64,000 nt of DNA from Takakia lepidozioides (GCA_030704615.1 CM060732.1:434001-498000); one strand, 5' to 3'; positions 50,248 through 63,195 are shown, numbered from the stretch's first letter. Numbers and translations: made by a program. The notes: generated from the sequence alone by a model not told the origin.

Positions 50248-51262
50248 CCCACCTTGTCATTGTTTTTTTCATGTGAAAATCGGCCACATAGGGCCAGTCT
50301 TGCAGGTTCGATGCACACTTACCTGGCAGCTCAAACAGTGTGCGTCAACGCACACTGTTTGAGCCCACCTTGTCATTGTTTTTTTCATGTGAAAATCGGC
50401 CACATAGGGCCAGTCTGCCAGGTTGATGCACACTGTTTGAGCTGCCAGGTAAGTGTGCATTGAACCTGGCAGACTGGCCCTATCTGGCCGATTTTCACAG
50501 ACCACAGGTACCCACAAATTAGGTGACCAGTTGACCCAGTGACCCCCCTTTTATGGCTATGAAGGGTGGCCCTGGAATTCCACTCCAGGCCCATATCTGC
50601 TTGAGGGTACTCAGCCCTGTGTTTTGTGTTGTTAGAAGTCTTGCCTATGACTTGGCACTGAAGCACCTTCAGACCTGGCCCCATCATAATTTTGATTTTC
50701 AAGACCTGCTTGCTTGTAGGTGTTGTGTGCTTCTAACCTTCTACCCTGGCAGAGTTTTGATCATGAAGTCCTGGAATTCCATTCCAGACCTGCAGCTCCT
50801 TACAGAGACTCAAATAAGCCATGTCATTGCATGTAATGCTTGCTCATTCATTTGCAATGCTATGATACCTTCAGGCTGGCTGTTTTTTTAGGAAGGCGAC
50901 TTATTCAAAAACTGGATTCTAAAACAGTAACCTTTATGGTCCAGCAAGTAGCCTAGCATGACAGTTTTAAATACTTTTTCATGGCCTAAACCTGGTCATG
51001 ATACACCTTGCTAGGTGTAGAGATATTCTTACTTAGATAAAACTAAGCAAGAAAGACACTTGTTGCTTGAAGGGCTTGGTTTTGGAGGTTATCTCCAGAC
51101 CTGCAATCTGGTTTCTGAAATGAAGGTACAATCTGCAAGCATAGGGGAATTTTTTTATTAAACCATGGTGCTTTCATGATATGATTGACCTGGAATTCTG
51201 AGTTATTTATTTTTTACCCTGGCAGAGCTGTTTATGAGGCCCCGGAATACCAATCCAGGCCT

Positions 51263-51440
51263 GGTACAGGCACTGCTGGATTCATGGACAACATTATGGA
51301 CCTCAAACGGAGGAGTCGCTATGAATTCATTCAAAACAGTATCTTCCCTGGCCAGGGCTCGTCCAAGGTGTATTTGTTCAAGATGTCCACAGTGGACGAA
51401 GGCAGTGGTGTGAGCATTGTCCGCCGAATGCAACCTGGAG
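51263..51440 (+). pseudogene. Displaced fragment of MULE-B transposase
   Basis: GTGTAGFMDNIMDLKRRSRY...RRMQPG corresponds to ~26710-26890 and directly continues the frame broken at 45722. Confidence 0.9.
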
Positions 51441-53205
51441 CATACAGATTTACTGTCCACAAGCTGTAATCCAAGCATACTTATTCAAACCCCATGGGTG
51501 TCATGGAGGGTTTTTTTAAGAAATCAGAGAGAACAAAAAGAACACTTGGACATCACAGATTTTAAATACCTTGCCCTGCCAGTATTGGTTTAGACTGGTC
51601 TACAACACAGCTTGCCCCCACAGGGGAGGTGGATATGTCTGGTAAGTTTTCCAGACTACCCCTATACCTTTATTTCTTGCTAGAGCTGAAAATCAAAGTT
51701 CATGACACAGCAAGGTAAAGATAAAGGACTGCATACACATCCTGTGGCAGTATATGATACTGTCAGTACACCCTTCACATCATTCCACATTTGACCATGT
51801 CATTACACCATGACCAGGGGGTATTTCCACTTGACCACCCTGGCTGCCTCAAAAACCAGTTACCAGTTATATATTGCTGCCATATTTCATTGTCAGCCAA
51901 ATATCCACAGGCAAAATCTTCACCATACCCTGGCCTAAGCATCTAGCTAACAAAGCCATCCGGGTTGGAACATAACAGGGGCCAACACGGGTACCCGAAT
52001 AGCTGCAACAAACAGTTCCTTGCAGCCTCTCAAATTGTTTCCAACTAACATAAGGTAAGCAAAGCAAACTAGTGCCTGGAAACAGATGGTGTCTCTCACA
52101 CAAGCCATCATAAACTCGGCTGTCACAACAAAGCAGAGGTCTTCCACTGGCTGGGCCGAAAATAGCCCATTGTAGAAAAGGAAGGGAGAGAGAGGGAAGA
52201 TACTTTTTGTCATGTCAAGACAAAGACAGGACCCCTAGGGTTGTTGTCATGAAAGAATAAATAGACATATCAGCCACTTAACAGTGGCACCATCCATCAA
52301 TCATCAAGCTTAGAAAATCCAGAATTACATCCATGCACAGTAATGTGTTCATGTCAGTATTATTCATAATCCAAAGAGTATGCCACTGATGCTGATTGAC
52401 CACCATTCAAGATCATGATACACTTACAGAGGTCTAGGTGGGATGGCGGGTACTTGGCCATATTTTGGCCTTGATGTGGTGCAAGTCACATAATCATACA
52501 GATTTACTGTCTGCAAGCTGTAATCCAAGCACACTTACTAAAACCCCATGGGTGTCATGGAGGGTTTTCTTAGAAAAGAAAGGAACACTTGGATATCACA
52601 GATTTAAATACCTTGCCTTGCCAGTATTTGTTTAGACTGGTGTGCAATACAGCTTGCCTCCACAGGGGATGTGGATATGTCTGGTAAGTTTTCCAGAATA
52701 CCCCTATACCTTTATTTCTTGCTACAGCTGAAAATCAAAGCTCATGATACAGCAAGGTAAATATAAGGGACTGCATACACATCCTGTGACAGTATATGAT
52801 ACTGTCAGTACACCCTTCACATCATTCCACATTGGACCATGTCGTATTTCCACTTGACCACCCTGGCTGCCTCAAAAACCAGTTACCATTTATATTACTG
52901 CCATATTCAGTGTTAGCCAAATAACCACAAGCAGAAACTTCACCATACCCTGGCCTAAGCATCTTGCTAACAAAGCCATCTGGGTTGGAACATAACATGG
53001 GCCTTTTACCAATAGGGGTAGCCGAGTAGCTGCAGCAACCATTTCCTTGCAGCCTCTCACTTTGTTTCCAACTACCATAAGGTAAGCAAAGCAAACTAGG
53101 GCCTGGAAAACAGATGTGTGTCTCTCACACAAGCCATCATAAATCAGGCTGTCATCACATAACAGAGGTTTTCCATTGGCTAGGTCGAACTAGCCCATCG
53201 TAGAA
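51441..53205. repeat. Degenerate direct duplication (offset 1,054 bp)
   Basis: 51441-~52180 resembles 52495-~53205; related pieces at 31810-32270. Confidence 0.85.
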
Positions 53206-54201
53206 AGCATTACACTTGTTCGTCAAAAATCAAAGAAAGAAAGAGGTAGGATCAAGAAAAACCATAGAGTAGTTTAGTTTTTCAACATTTAAAGATGAGT
53301 CTCTAGCAAGCGATTCTTTCCCCTGCTCTGCAATCCTACTTGGCATCCAGCAGCACCTAGACATCAGAATATTAAGTGGAAGCCCTCACCTGTGCCCGTC
53401 CCAAAAACAACCACAACGCATTGTGAGTTAGTGAGGATGCACGAGGTGAGTAACAGGCTTCCACACTTGCTATCAAGGTCAAATATACTTCAATCTAAGC
53501 GCAGAGAATGCCAAAGAAAGCAGGGAAGCAAAACAAACAGAAAAAGAACCTTTTTTTACTGTCTGGGGGAGAGTCGCCATCTCTCCACAAGCCTAACCGT
53601 GCAGGGAGGACTCCGCCAACACCACAACACTGCTACCTTAACCAAAGCACAGTCTTGCCAATCACAGGAAAAAAGAGCTTGGTCTCAAAAGGTAGGGTTT
53701 ATAAAGGGAGGGAGAAAGACTTCCTTGTTCTACCAAGACGCCGCCATTCATCAAAGATCCAGAGGAGGGCTCCTAGGGAAACGTCATAAGCATGTAGGTG
53801 GTACCTCTGCCTTCACTGCCGCGGTTCCCTTGTGCAGCAAGAAAACAGACATCTGAGACAGTGAATCTTCCCTCATCTCTAAGCCACCGCCATCGCCTTA
53901 AAGAGCCCGCCCAGGCGGTGCTCACAGGAGCCATAAACACTCAAGGATTGGCAGCTCAAGGTATCTGCAGCACGAGCACCATCGCTCCTCACAAGCCGCC
54001 ATCGGGCGCGCTCTCGCAGCGCAAAAAGAAAGACTTTAGGGTTGCACACGGTTTTCCCCTGTCTGGCCCGTCATTCATCCTTCTCAGGATGAAAAACATC
54101 CGCCAGTCTGTCCGCCCGACGGACGTTGTCCGTTTCTCATTCGCGGAAGAGGAAAGACATCGTGCTTTCATCCTGTCTTGCACTCAACGGATGTAGTCCG
54201 T

Positions 54202-54909
54202 ATTTCATCTAGGTTAGATAAAAAACATGGGGGGTTTTATACCTGTCTTGCCCCGTATTTAGGTGCTGTCAGATGAAGTCATTTTTTCATCCAGGTTGGA
54301 TTGAAAAAGTAGAAACTGACGGGAGTTTTGCAACTCATAGGTTTTTTAGTGAAGAAATATTTCACTAGGAGATTTTTTTTAAGAAAAAATTGGATGAAAA
54401 ATATCCAAAATTCCCTGCAACCCAATTTTGCAAATTTTTTCAATTTCCTCAAAGATGGAAGTCGGGACAACAATTCCATAAGCCCAGTGACCAGAGGGAG
54501 AGAGAGGGAGAGAGAGGGAGGGAGGGAGAGATCAGGAAACAAAAAAAAAAAAAAAAAAAAGGTGGGGGGGGGGGGGGGGCGGTGGGGGGAGTGACTGAGC
54601 AGCAGCTGCAGTCACCCCCCCCCCCCCCCCCTCCCCCCCCCCCTTTTTTCTTTTCTTTGTTGCCCCCTCTCTCTCCCTCTCTCCAGCTATCGGATCAGGA
54701 TCTAATCATTTTTTCTTAAGCCTATGTGGTTTGAAATTGGTATGATTCAACTTAATCCTTGATCTATTTTTTTGCTTCATCCATACTGGATGAATGTTGT
54801 ACCTAGGTTTTTATCTTGGACGAATGACATCCATACAGGATGACATCAGAGATGAATGCCTATTAATGTCATCAGTTATACACGATTTCATCCACACTAG
54901 ATGAAATCG
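54202..54909. mobile_element. Putative non-autonomous fold-back/MITE- or helentron-like element
   Basis: ATTTCATCTAG/CTAGATGAAAT inverted ends, many TTCATCC motifs, central purine/pyrimidine mirror tracts, terminal hairpin 54883-54909. Confidence 0.4.
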
Positions 54910-55025
54910 CGTGGAGTGAGGCCTTATCACTTTGCTAAACCTAAAAAAAACACGAAGCTCGTGCTTAAGCTTGTGTTGGACTGAATGGTGACGGCTAAGT
55001 GCTCCTGCTGCATTAGTTCATGGCG

Positions 55026-55720
55026 TTTGATGCTTATGGAGAAGAGTAATGAAGGCTTTGCAGCCTGACAGCTGAATTCCAGGTTTAATTGATGGTCTCA
55101 ACATGTGCTTTGGCGGCTATGTCTTCATAATTGAGCTACTGGATTGCATTCAAGCTTCTGCTAGTGTGAATGATGGCAGGTAGGTGCTTATAGTGCATAA
55201 ATCCAAGGCATTTGGTGCTTATGGAGAGGCGTAATGAGGGCTTTGCAGCCTGGCAGCAGAATTCCAGACTTAATTGCTGGTCTCGGCATGTGCCTTGGCG
55301 GCTATGTCTTCATACCTGATTACATGAGTTTCTGCTGGTGCAAATGGTGGCTGCTAGGTGCTTTTACTGCAGGAATCCGAAGCATTTGAGCCCGATTCCA
55401 GGCCTAATTGTTGGTCTCAACATGTGCATTGGCGGCTATGTCTTCACCCTGATTGCATGAGCTTCTGCTGGTGTGAATGGGGGCTGCTAAGTGCTTTTAC
55501 TGCAGGAATCTGAAGCATTTGATGCTTATGGTGAGGCCTTATGAAGACTTTACAACCTGATTCCAGGCCTAATTGCCATGTGCATTGGCGGCTATGTCTT
55601 TACACTGGAAATGCGGCTGGAATTGAATGCATTCAGGGTGTTTTGATGTTTCTGAACCTGCACATTGAAGGCTATGCAGCCTGGCATATGAAATCCAGGC
55701 CTAATTACCAAGCTTTGCAT
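55026..55720. repeat. Degenerate tandem repeat (~120-185-bp units)
   Basis: Recurrent TGCTTATGG...TTCCAGGCCTAATT...TTGGCGGCTATGTCTT blocks, 4-5 copies. Confidence 0.8.
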
Positions 55721-58700
55721 GCGCATGTGCGGCTGGGTCTTCAACTCCTTTACTGGTAGCTACTTCTTTTTTTCTGCGAAGCAATCAATTTGGTTGCTAG
55801 TTGAACCCTTGAATGCTCATTGATGAAGCTGCAACACCTGCATGGTTTTCAGGGATTCTCTCTCACTTGATAAACTCCTCATTCTTTTCAGCAAAGCAAT
55901 CTATTGGCATTTGTTTGAATGCACGTCTTGGACACCATGTCACAGGCTTCGCCACTTCCACAAGCCTTCAAGGTCTTGGTGGTTTAATGTTTTGTTGTAT
56001 GTGCGTGCTTTAGATTGTATGTATGACATCGATAGCAAGTGTGAAGGTCTGTTACTCACCCGACGCATCCTCACTAACACACAAAATGTCTTTTGTGGTG
56101 GTTTTTGGGACGGGCGCAGATGAGGATCTTCACCTTACATAATAATTGAAGCTTCGAGATGCAAAGAACTTTGCCTAAAATGCGGCTGATGCTAAATGCA
56201 ACTATTACTCCAATGAGACATCAAGGGATGACCTATTTTGTACTCTTTAACTTGTTCTCTAGTTGTTGACAACTCAGTTTACATTGTCAAGTTATTTTAC
56301 CACTAGTGTGAAGTTAGCTAGGAAATAGCTAGCTTTTATATATTGACATTTGGGATTGACCCAAGTGTCAATCCAGGGGCCAATACATGTTTGGGCACCT
56401 GGCGTTGTTATCTTCACGGCAGATCGCAACGGGCTCATCTTTCTCGAGTTGAGCCTCACCGCGTCTAGCTATGGCGCCGTAGTGTGGATTCCCCATGGCG
56501 TGGGGTGTACTTGGCTCGACTTAATATATGAGTGATGTTTTCATGTGCAAGTGTGTGAGTTTGAGAGAGCTTGTATGCTTGTATCATTTCATTTCTTTAT
56601 CACTCGAGAAAGATCAGCTCGAGTCTGTGAGTGCCAGGTTCGAGTTAGTTGTAGCACTTGTGTTTTCAAATCATGAGAAGCGGTTCAGCCTAGAGTGCAG
56701 GGAGCCGTGCATGAGCCTATCCAAAGCGGATAGAGTGCAAAGGCGAACATGTTGCAGGTTTGCCAAAGGCGGGTAGCCTATGTTGAAGAGCGGCGTTGCA
56801 TAGCTCAACGCTATGGCAACCAAGTTTGGGCTTCTAGTGTGAAGCGGAAGAGATGTTGGCCACGAATGGCCGAACTGGTGGTCGTCTTCTTCAGCTGCAG
56901 GTCGAGTTAAGGAGCTGCAGAAATGTGGGCTGCGCATGGAAAACTAGCGTGTTGCAGGTTGGAGATGATATGATCAGCTCCAGGTATTTCTGCCCGAAAC
57001 TAGTTGTTGCGGGTAGATGAGGAGCAGCCGAATGGTGGAGCTGCGAGGGGATGCATTGCAGCCCGTTGGGAGCTTTAGCTCCAAGCTCATGAAGAGGTAT
57101 GAATGAAGAGAGGGGCTGGTCCTTCTTGTGTGCAAATCAGTGCACTTGTGAAGCATGTGCTGAGTTGGAGTTTCAATCTGAAACTCAACAGTGTAAGGGC
57201 TCTTGGAGTGGCAAGAGCGGGGCTGGAAGGGCAGCAACGAGGCGCCCTAGAGCCAGGGGATATGCATGAGAAGTGCAGGTGCACCAAGTTTGTAAAAGTG
57301 TGTATTTTCATATTCGTTTTTGTGAGCTTCATGAAGAAATGAAGCTTGTTGGGCAACATATAGCTTGCTTGTTGAGTTGGGGGCGCTTCTAGTGGGCCGT
57401 GAGAGCTCAGGAGTGCAGGGCGACGGGGCTGATGGCTCCGCAGAAGCCAAAGCTCGTCGGCAGCAGGTGCAGGAGCAAACCCCAGCTCGGGAAGAGCTCG
57501 GGAACACCCGGGAACTCATGGGAACTCGTTGGGAGTTCCAGGGAACGTAGGGAATAGTGGTCGTGATGGGCCGTTGGGGCGGTATCACGAGATACCACGA
57601 GCCCAGGTCGTGATGGTTGACCGTGACCGTTGGAAGTCGTGGTGCGGATACAACGGGTGGGCACGGTGACCAGATCATGGGGATGGCGGGCCGTGAAGGC
57701 TCGTGGGAGTGGTACCACGGGGTATCACTGGGCAGCCCGTGGCCAACGAGCGCCTAGGGCGGCCCGTGAGGAGTCGTGGCGGTTGGAGCCACGGAAGGCC
57801 GCGAACAGTTAGAGTGAAAAAAAAAAAAAAAAAAAAAAAAAACTAGTTCACTCGTTTCGTGGGACCTTGATGGGGAGGCTGGGCTCTGAAGAACAACGGT
57901 TTTGAGCTAGGTGATCCGGCAGAAAAGTCGGAATTGCCTCCCTGTCGCGTTTTAACAAAGGGGATTATTCCCCTGCAGGTAATCTTTTCTGGTTTTCAGC
58001 CCAATTCTTAACTCTGGGGGAGACCAGCCTGCAGGTAATTCCTTTGGACATAATGTTGTTGGGGCCTATATGTACCTCTATTTGCTCCATTTTTGAACCT
58101 TCAGTGAATGGCGTGGTTTCCTGAGGTGGTTCCATTCGGAGGAATGGCTGGTGGACGTAAGGAGGCACTGGCTGACCCTGTGGAGGCTTGCATGGGGCCT
58201 TGGAGGCCAAGTTTCATGAGCTCGTGGAGGGCGGTTTGAGGAGTGTCTACAAGATGCTCTCATGGTCGTGCAAGTGAGAGAAGAGAGGAAAAAAAAGGGT
58301 GTTGGGATGAGAGCGTGCTTGGGATAGGCATTGCTTTAGCTTCTCTTCCTTGTAGCTTTCCACCTTCTCTGTAGGCCGAGACCTTTCTGTAGGTGGAGGC
58401 AAGAGTCAGTCCGAGTTTGGGCTGGGTTGCAGGAGCGACACTGTGGAGTGTTTTTGGTGTGGGGGAATTATTGTTTTTATTCTTGTGTTTGGATCCCCTC
58501 CACACCTGCATGCTTGATTGTGCGCCATGCTAGTTTTGTGTGGGCGCTTGATTTTATAGGTGGTTGACTCGGGCTCTATCGCCGATCCAACCCTAGAGCA
58601 TGCTGTCGATGGTGAGGCTGGGTTGATGACCAGTCAGACCATCTTTGTTTCTCCTGTGGTGAGGTTGGAGGTGATGACCAGCCAACCATAGGAGTGCCTG

Positions 58701-58848
58701 CGGTGGATGCAGGTGCAGGTGCAGGTGCAGACTATGTTATTAACCTAGTATTCCAAACCATAAGCCGCATCAGGTTCTCTACCCGGATACCTTGTGGAGA
58801 GGGGGGTCAGAAACATATTCATGACCGGTTGAGTACCAGTTTGTCAAC

Positions 58849-60250
58849 ATGGAGGTGCCACTAGTTGCTGGGGAAAGTGCCGGTACGAGCACTAGCGATA
58901 CTAGCGGGAATACGAGACGAGGTGTGCAGTTTAGGCCACCTTCATCTCCTGTATCTTCTACGGAAGGTTCTGATTCAGATTGTGAATCAGGAGGACTCAC
59001 ACCGACGGTGCAAGTTGTTTCCTTGCCATTGTTGTGGGACACGATGGAGGAGATGTATGGAGCCACCAAGAGGCCACGTAGGTACTCTGGGGCGGTGGGC
59101 ACCATTGAGTTGGATGATTTTATCCAAGAGTTTGATAGTTGGTGTGACTTGCAACAAATGCGCAATCCACAACTGTTTACGCCTTTCATGGCATGGAAGG
59201 GGCTGTTTCAGCACCTTGAGGGGCCGCCCATGGAGGATTACCATCAGTTTAGGCGGGGGCACGACGATGAGATCGAGGAGTGGAGGATGTACTGGTCACT
59301 TGACTATGTCTCCATCACTAGAGGGACAAGGGCAGCAGCCATACCGGCAGCTTCCACGAGCAGCAGTGGGACTAGTGGTACAGAGGCTACGTCGTCCACC
59401 CAAGCTACTGCTGCACCAACACCAGTAGCGGTGCCTGCCTTCAACCCTGTTGTGGAGTTCTTCGAAGAGTTGAGAAGGAACTACCAAGGGGTGAGGACAG
59501 AGAAGTTGAGGAACTTGCAAGAGTTCCAACGGAAGCCTACTGAGAGCTTGAGGGAGGCTTTCACTCGCATGAGGCGCTTGATTAATGTAATCCAAGGGGT
59601 TACGGAGGCTCAGGCAGTCCAGTTCTGGTACGGGATATTGGACAAGGAGTTGAGGAGAAGGGTGCGGGATGCAACTCTCCTACAAGCCGCCCAACCTACC
59701 TTAGCAAATGTGTTTTTGCTGGCAGAGCGGATAGAGCTCAACATGGTGGAGGAACGAGTGGTCATGGTGGGATTTGCTAAGGAGGCACCACGGGGTAGTG
59801 GTGCTTCTAGCCAGCCACTACCTCAACGTGCTCAAGGCAACAAGGGGGCTCAGGTGAAGCCCAGGGAAGGATAGAGAGGACCTCAGATGCAGGGGTCACT
59901 CCCTTCATTCGCCAGCCAACAACGGGCGGATGTGGTGTGCTGGACATGTGGAAGACCCCATGTCAAGAAGGATTGCCCAGAGGGAGGCAATGGTTTGGCA
60001 CCGGCACAGCCTGCACATGTGCAGTGTGGGCATTGTGGCAGGTACGGGCATGGAGAGGCCCAGTGCTATGGTTTGCACCCTGAGTTGCGCCCAGGCTAGT
60101 TCCAAGGGAACAATGGTGGCCGGGGGCGAGGTGGAGCAGCCCAGAGAGGATGAGGTGGCCAAACACGAGGTGCAGGCCAAGGGCAAGCTGAACATGGCCA
60201 AGGACGCGGAGGTCAGGGTGGTGACCAAGGCATGGCCAACCGGCTTCAGC
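58849..60250 (+). pseudogene. gag: Gag remnant of a further LTR retrotransposon
   Basis: LRNLQEFQRKPTESLREAFTRM capsid-like motif; two knuckle-like motifs CWTCGRPHVKKDC and CGHCGRYGHGEAQC; in-frame stops; no pol follows. Confidence 0.75.
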
Positions 60251-60252
60251 AG

Positions 60253-60530
60253 TTAGAGCATAGGCTCGCTGCCATGGCGGGGGATGCCTCCGCGTGAGCC
60301 TGGCCGCGTGAGCGTGTGAGCGCGGCCAAGCTCACGCCACGTCACCGGTTCTCGCCACATTGGCTCAAGGGTCCGACGCCACGTCAGCAGTCTTCGCCAG
60401 CGTGGTTGACGCCACGTCACGCCTTGCCATGTCATTTCCACGGACGTACCTATGACCGCGGACAGAACAGGGAGAAAGGGACCTATAGCCGCGGAATTGG
60501 TAGCCGTAGACTTTTTTTTTTTTGCATTTG
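60253..60530. mobile_element. Short GC-rich insert with MULE-like terminal motifs
   Basis: CGTGAGC/GCTCACG repeats and GGGACCTATAGCCGCGGAATT, identical to a family A subterminal sequence (~30926-30946). Confidence 0.45.
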
Positions 60531-60699
60531 ACATTCGGCATTTGGGTGGATGTAATGATTGGTGCTGATCATTACTTCTAGTTATTTATTTATTTTTATT
60601 TTTGCTTTTGATATTTGACATTTGGGTGTGTCGTGCGCATACATATCGCTACACAACTACATTGCTATCCAAAACCACACAACATATGTGCACACCAAA

Positions 60700-60945
60700 C
60701 ACTAGTCTATCACTAGTCCACCACTAGTGCACCACTAGGCTGCCACTAGACAACCACTAGTCACCACTAGTGCAACCACTAGTCCACCACTAGGCTGCCA
60801 TTAGCCACCACTAGTGCAGCCACTAGTCCACCACTAGGCTGCCACTAGCCACCACTAGTGCAGCCACTAATCCAACCACTAGGCTGCCACTAGCCACCAC
60901 TAGTGCAGCCACTAGTCCATCACTAGGCTGCCACTAGTCCATCAT
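60700..60945. repeat. CCACTAG/ACTAGT microrepeat, probable U3 of the 3' LTR of the PHD-bearing element
   Basis: Follows the PPT-like AGGGGGGCGA (minus strand, ~60957-60948). Confidence 0.65.
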
Positions 60946-61206
60946 AATCGCCCCCCTAGCTGGCGCTTAGGTCCCTCTAAGTCCAAGTAGCCACAAGATG
61001 TGATAGTGGCCATAGCCTCACTAGGTCCTCCACCACTATCCCTACTACACTCAAACTCAATAGGTCAAGATGCCGGGTACAAGAGTTGCCCCATCGTTAG
61101 TCGCCGTCTTGCAACCTGTGAACTTGAGCCTGAGATCTTGGGTATTGACTCCTATGAGCTTGGCCTCCCATGTCTTGTGAGCTGCCACTAGTCATATCCA
61201 CTGCCA

Positions 61207-61902
61207 CTATCCCAAGCAGGGTGGACATAACCAATCTCCATCAGGAACCCTCTCAAGAGGTGGTGTCAAGCATCCCATGTGCCAACCTCTTGAGCATCGA
61301 TCACACACCAACATAGTGGCGGCACCACGAGCATGCCCACATAGCATGCAACGCAATCCTGCAGGTACCACTGCAAGGTTGGGATCTATCCTCCCATCCA
61401 CATGTGGAAGGTGACATGGCGCACAATTACGCACATGGTCCTTCCATACCATGCCATCTCGACCCTCCAGAATCAACACTCCTGAAGGCAACACCTCCCT
61501 GACCCTTAGAATCACACGTCCTGCTGTGACATCCAAGGTCATAGGCGCTGTCTGCTGCAGATACACATAGTCCCCAGGGTGGAAACGCCGAACACCTGGC
61601 CGATATCTCCCTCCACGTATAGTGACATACCTCAATGTGTCTTGGTGTTGGGCAATAGCAAGATTCTCAAAAGCCATAGGCATGACTCTCTTGAACAACT
61701 CTGCCCGCTGGGCACATGCTTATGTCCACACATCCGGATCATCAAGGTTGAGGACTACTGCAGCCTCCCTGCGAATAGACGCAGGCAAATCTAGCTCTCG
61801 GCCAAAGAGAAGGAAATATGGTGAGAAGGAGACAAGTGATGCTTGCTTGCTAAACCTGTAGCCCATGTCTAGCCAAGGTACCTGAAGATCCCAATCTCCT
61901 AG
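61207..61902 (-). pseudogene. Gypsy integrase C-terminus ending in a PHD finger
   Basis: WDLQVPWLDMGYR...FSPYFLLFGREL, FHPGDYVY, CMLC...LVCDRCSRGWHMGCLTPPL...GDWLCPPC (C4HC3). Confidence 0.85.
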
Positions 61903-62365
61903 GGGGGCTGCTATTTCATGAGCCATGAGCCATGAGCGGCATGAGCCATGAGCAGAGTCGTAAGTGTGGAAAAAAACATGAGCAGCACTATTTTCCGAAA
62001 ATGAGTGTCCGCGGGAATAGGGTTTAGGGTGCCACGGTCATAGGGGGAGAAGGACCTCCCGATGAAGGAGGTTCGGCAATGTTATTTAGAATTATATATT
62101 GAAAGGCAATGTTTCGCGAATGGTAGGGTGGTACTGCTCTGTACAATGGGGGCCCGTTTCAGCCTACCAGCCATTTGCAAAATTCACCCACACTCCCAAT
62201 CCCAAACGAAATGAGCAATGACGCATTCTCGGAACAATGGACACAGAATAGAATAAAAAGAGGGCACAATGAGGTTTTTATTGATCCACATGAATTGCAT
62301 TTGAAGCACGTCTACTGTGCTGATTGTGCCCTCAAATCTTGAGCCCTGTGCCTACTGAATACAAG

Positions 62366-63195
62366 TCACGTTGTCAATGGGACTTCGACTGCTCTCAGAA
62401 CTAGCTCATGAGTCCTGGGGCTCCTCCATGTAAAGTCGATTGCAGCCGTTGTACCGCCCCTAGTGATGTTCACCACAATGTCCTGCCCTTCAATCATACC
62501 ACCATCGAATATGGAAATCTTCACGTTTTCGTCGTCCACACCAATGCGAATGTCCCCATACAATGGAGAAGAGGAGCGCACTCCTCGAGGAGAATAGGTC
62601 TCTCCGATGGAGTCCACCCACGTCCAGTGGCAGCAGTTCCACCGCAACAGCATAGCAGTGCGCCTTCTTCTGCATGGGTGACCGTCGTAGCTGGGAAAAT
62701 CGGAATCGAGGATGCGCAGGAGCCACGGACTCCTCAAACCAAGATCGTCACCCCGCTCGAAGGCGTAGTGGCCTACGATATACTCAAAAGCCACCAATGT
62801 TTCCACAATCGAACCAGTATCTTCTGTGTAATCTGTGTACCAGATAACAATGTCTCCCGATGTGGCCGAATACATTGCATAATCGATGCCTCCAAAGGGG
62901 CAGTCGTCCCGGTTCCGGAAGCACGGCATCCTTGCAAAGGAGGACCTGAGGACGACTTGGATGCCGATGACCTTGCGGACAGCTACGAAGCCCTTAGATT
63001 TTGGAAAAGATACGAAGCGGAAGAGCAGTCCGGCCTCCAAAATGGAGCATCTGGGTCACACGTACCCACCGACGGAGGTGGAACGTGTTCATCACGCCAG
63101 CGGTGGATGAACCCATACATCTTTCTCATCAACAAGTTATAGTTTGAGATCTGCCACCGAAGTCCATCCCCCCGGATGGAAATTCGGCGCCGCAT
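62366..63195 (-). CDS. Hypothetical cargo ORF (224 aa, possibly extended by a frameshift)
   Basis: Long open frame only, no recognised motif; the overlapping + strand frame is also open. Confidence 0.3.

Larger units (their letters stand above)
45722..50498 (-). mobile_element. MULE family B, copy 2 (partial): transposase 5' part, divergent region, first cargo exons, palindrome array
   Basis: Diverged reverse complement of ~23300-26711; truncated inside the array before the ParB exon. Confidence 0.88.

Noticed and set aside
56380-58848. LTR and leader of the gag remnant at 58849
   Set aside because: No second LTR, TG...CA boundary or PBS could be identified with confidence.
62018-62029. TAGGGTTTAGGG telomere-like motif
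   Set aside because: Fewer than two full units; at most a telo-box or a chance match.
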